A stretch of 63,873 nucleotides of DNA, filler included, from Asterionella formosa (lineage: Eukaryota), in NCBI GenBank assembly GCA_002256025.1. It is 12 parts of 12 records of this genome, joined end to end, with 100 filler letters (N's around TTAATTAATTAA, not from the genome) between each part and the next. Parts side by side here need not be neighbours in the genome. Positions count along the whole stretch, not along the records: positions 59,195 to 63,873 come from NKIB01013291.1; 11 more parts are not named here. One strand, 5' to 3'. A model generated the notes under the pieces. The model was not told the origin of the DNA and did no database searches. It saw only the letters and a program-made list of their open reading frames with translations. The translations under genes and the position numbers were made by a program. How positions within the stretch are numbered: the first letter of the stretch is position 1; the number at the start of each line of letters is the position of its first letter. Shown here piece after piece: positions 59,562 to 63,873 of the stretch.

Positions 59562-62500
59562 GACTGATATGGTTTTAAAATGTAATCAATTTCACCAGTC
59601 GGAATTTTTATTTAAAACGGTTCTGTGTATAATTGTGAGCTTTGCTTCGTGCGTTTTGGAGATTTCCATTGTCAAGCCAAGTATAAGACTGGCGTGGCAT
59701 TGAATTATTGAACCGGCTATTTAATCACAGACCTTTTTATGCACAATATGTGTGCCTCACTATCAGATGACTTTTTACCGGTATTTCTTTGATGTGATGA
59801 AGAACCCATATACAACGTGTCTAATGTGCATCAAGATATTACCTTCTATGTAGGTACTTTAGCCTTCGTATTTACTTCAATACCCACCGACATATAATAG
59901 ATAGCGGTAATCATTACGTATTGGCACTCTGATATCTTGAAAGTCATAGACGCATACGGAGTTTAGCAAATCGGTATGTCTATTTTAATTGATCATGGAT
60001 GTAATACACCGACCAGTGGTACGGTAATCATATGCTGGTACCAGATACCAGGTACCTGTGCAAGTGGCGGTAATTTTGTTGAAACTAAAGATTTAGCTAT
60101 CATCTTTATCCCAGATCGAAATGTTAGTTTAAGCAAAATGACCGCAACTTGCTGGGGTACCAGGATAACACTCAAAAACTGCTCAAGACAACTTTGAACT
60201 GTATGGGGGGTTATCTTACATTTTGTACAACAAACCTTTTTACTATGAACAAGTCATTTGATTCACGCATCTACATACATATCATAAAGGATGTCATAAC
60301 GCCCGATCGATGTTGTGTTCCATGTGGTGAGATAAACGACTACGAAAATGTTGAGTGAGGCACATCGGAAGAATATAAAATTACCTCGTTGAGCTGGGCC
60401 GACATTTTATCTTCTCAAATGATAAACCGGTAAGCTAATGTTTTCTAGTCCAAAATTAATATGGCTTCCCTCAACGCTTTTCTTCACTGTGTTACTACTA
60501 CGGCGCGATTGTGTACGACATCCCCATGTAAACAAGCACAATATTCTTAGTTCGCACAATAGCAATGTAGTGATTTTGTACTGTCAACGTGTATGCATCC
60601 TGAAACGCTCTGGAGACCATCACAATATACCATATTTTCATATCTTCGGATCTTTCAACTTAGTATAATGAACCAAAGAAGTACCAAACCTTAAGCAAGT
60701 ACAGAGTTATTTGTAAGACTCTAGATAAGGATTTGGTAAAGCTTGTTCTAGTAAGCAACAATGTCAGAGAACGAGAAGCTACAAACAAAGGATAACAATG
60801 GAGGAGCTATTTTACCAAATGGTGCTATTGCTAGCTGGATTATCAGTAGCAGACATAGTTGGCACAAGGGCTGCAGTTTTTGAAAAGATCGCAAGTGCTT
60901 TCCCAACTGAAGAACCTCAATCAGTTTCATCCTCCTCCGTACTACCTACAGTCATACCCTCTACATCGACTCCTGTTGGTTGCTGTGTTGTAACTCCTGC
61001 CAATCCACAAGCTCAACCAGCCTCCCAATACTTCTTGGCATCCAACCACCCTCCACCACCTCCTCCGGTGCCAACAACATGATATCATACCATCTCTGCT
61101 GCCTATCATGCTCCTCCTCCAAGCAGTTCACCACCCACCCTCTTACAACCCAACACCAAGCCACCATCATCAGCCTGTATACATGCCAAGCCATCCTCCT
61201 TCTCCTCCTCCTGCCGGATACTACTGGCACCACGAATCAGCACCAGCACCAAATGCCTATTGCTATCAAGCCGTTGTTCCAAATCCTCCACCACCATAAG
61301 TCATTATCACTCCAGAACCCACTCCTTGCAAACCTATTTGATTATCACTTGCTGCTCCTGCAGGTACAATCTGAACATTTGACATTTCGATTTGACAACA
61401 ACAAAAGTGTGAGTTGACAATTCTTAATGAACATTTGCTGACCCATTATCTTTTCACTATTTATTCTACTACCTGGTCTTCATTGTATCGTCTTACCTTT
61501 TATTTTCCGGTTCATGCTAACTATTGCCCATCATACAAAGAATATTTCATATATTTCCTATCTTCACATCGAAATTTGCAATGGGTCTGATATTGCCCAT
61601 CATGAAATTATATTTTGGATATTTCATATGTTTGCATTTTGGAATTACAATTTGTGCCAATTGCCCCTCGGTTATCCAGCCCTGGGATTGCCGAAATGGG
61701 CAAGGGGTCTACTTAAGGAAACCATTTTATATAATCTACAGATTTTAATAATTTATTTCTAAAATTCACCTCGTTTTTGTTCTTCTCCAGCTGAAAAGTA
61801 GACTCCGGCAATTCACCTTTCACCATGCCAATCGTCATCCATCATGACCGGTTTGAAGCGAAATCAGTTCAGTGATGATGCCAGTAGCGATTCGTTATCT
61901 AACTGATGCGGTTAGTTGTTGGATTGCTTGTCTTCTCGAGGGATTCATGTAGTTGCATTGTCTATATCTCGTCGGACGAATGATGATATCGATATATATA
62001 ATGTTGGTGGGGGCAAGTTCTTGCTCTGGTCATGTGACTGGTATATGATGATGCTTAACGGATATTCTAGTCATTTAGCCTACATACATACGTGGTACAG
62101 TTCTCAAAACAACTATGCATGGTTTAAGCTAAACTGTTACGCTTACTTTGAACATGTTATAATGTTTATGCTGTAGACTCGGTATTACTGTTATGAGACC
62201 AGAATGACCAGAATGTTAAATTATATTGTTCAAATATTCATTGATTTTATGTACCATATGCCCGATTTCGTCCTCACAATTATCCTTCTCACTCTATCCT
62301 GCCTGTCGTTGCTCAACTCGGACTTGCAAAAGGAACTTTCGACTTTCTTATGATCCCATCATCTGCTGCGTGTTACACTTGTTAGAGCGGATCGGTGAGT
62401 ACAACAGTGAAACACTGAATGTGATCATAGATACGATTGTCAATTTTCCGATTTGATTGCTTTGTTGTTTGTTATTCCGCGCTGTCGTTGTGATTTGATT

Positions 62501-63509
62501 GTAACTATCTACACAAGGGCTGATGTATGTATCAATGCCTACGCTTTGAAGATGTATTGTTGTTAATCTGTATAGTCTTTGACCATGATATCAATATTCT
62601 TGCCAAGCAATGATGATGCTTTTCTTGTACAAATGCGCTTTGCTACCTTTCTACTAAGTTTTCGTATCACAAGCTACATAACAATACTCCGCTAGATAGA
62701 GTCAATAGTGCTGGAGCAGCCTGGCAATCATGCTCGCTCAGAATGGATTGATCAGGGTTGCTTGTTTGGTGGGAGGAATGACTGTGACAGAAATACTGCT
62801 ACTGGGCGGGGTCAGGCTACTACAGCGATGTGCATGGTTGCAGCAACCAGACCATTTATGCTACATAACGATGCAGGTCTAAATTGGGTTCAGCTTTTTT
62901 CTTCTTCTTTCGATTTATGATTGTGTGGTGATGGGAAGTCAACAATGTTGCCTGTGTAAGTACTACAATGAGTCACAATGCATGCATCTCCATTGAAACT
63001 CCTATTTTTTACTTCATTTCTAACCCAAAACAATATTTTCTATTTCTCATCTGATGCTACTTATTAGTACATCGCATTTCATACTTGGGTTGCTCCCAAA
63101 ATCATGTTCAATTTTCACTGATGTTGCATGTTACAACCATTCTCTTGATTACTTAAAGCCTAAAAATTACTTCGAAGTACCCGCATTTTTAAGACGATAG
63201 CTAGAGCGGGAATTGACGGTGTACGTATTATACTAGAGGCATTTCACTTATACACGATCATGAAGCAAGAATAGACTTTGTGCTCTACAATAATGAATGG
63301 AAGACTTGAACATTTTTATTACCCGGGTATATAGAGGTTGGCCATGTATTTTTTTCCTTCTATGTATACACCCGGAACGATAGTCCGCTGGTACCAGGTA
63401 CCAGGTACCAGGGTACTTTACCGGTATTATGCCTTTATATTAGCTCCATATAAAGGTATTACGGAGCGAAAGACTTCCAATGTGAAGAATATCTCAACGC
63501 TTGATAGTC

Positions 63510-63873
63510 ATGAAGCTTACCGCCACTGCTCTTCTAGCTCTATTATATCCGGTTAAAGGCCAGAAGCATCTTCGCCCGCTGAGGTTTCCGGAATCCGTTG
63601 AGATTAAGGAGGTCACCCAAGGTGTGGGGGCCGTGGTTCAATATGACCAGCCCAATCGCCGCAAGTTTCTTTCGTATGAATCATCCGAGTGGGAAAAACT
63701 ATGGCTCGAGAAAGTTGATCACTGGGCAACGCATACTCAAATTTGCCAGGTCTTACGGAATAATCAGCAAAACTACATTCACGACTTCCTAAACCTGACC
63801 TGTACGTCTCGCTACGATTCTCCATTTGATCACTGGTGCATCATTGACGACGAATACCATCCACTGTGGTACA
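63510..63873 (+). CDS. Secreted protein of unknown function, paralog B (3' truncated; absent from the ORF track)
   Basis: MKLTATALLALLYPVKG...GAVVQYDQPNRRKFLSYESSEWEKLW...WCIIDDEYHPLWY, open to the window end. Confidence 0.8.
   Translation, partial: MKLTATALLALLYPVKGQKHLRPLRFPESVEIKEVTQGVGAVVQYDQPNRRKFLSYESSEWEKLWLEKVDHWATHTQICQVLRNNQQNYIHDFLNLTCTSRYDSPFDHWCIIDDEYHPLWY

Noticed and set aside
60761..61417. Proline-rich protein gene
   Set aside because: Fragments are spread over several frames with stops, with no convincing splice model or homology; at most a decayed gene

Overview
Eukaryotic nuclear DNA, most consistent with a pennate diatom (inferred from short GT-AG introns, copia/gypsy remnants, CCCTAA repeats and gene content). 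The window is not one locus. It is about 12 roughly size-sorted contigs (mostly ~5.3 kb) joined by artificial 100-bp linkers (44 N + TTAATTAATTAA + 44 N), so adjacency across linkers has no biological meaning. Recognisable genes: Trm10 tRNA methyltransferase, ankyrin-CbbX-type AAA+ ATPase, CBM20-TPS-TPP trehalose enzyme, a bacterial-type NAD+-dependent DNA ligase with an N-terminal targeting extension, a GH5 exo-1,3-beta-glucanase, a GT92-like protein and a secreted LRR protein. Mobile DNA includes a Harbinger transposase, copia and gypsy 3' ends, TA-flanked TIR elements, a tRNA-derived SINE-like element and a probable nad11 NUMT. The most interesting signal is a modular, immune-receptor-like family. 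One member reads CHCC finger-ARM-LRR-ARM-IRAK-like kinase-LRR, with LRR variation concentrated at the concave-face positions. A second member shares the C-x2-H-x20-C-x2-C finger and has ARM repeats and a C-terminal membrane anchor. Three contigs are spacers between inverted duplicates, two of them gene pairs with patchy homogenisation.
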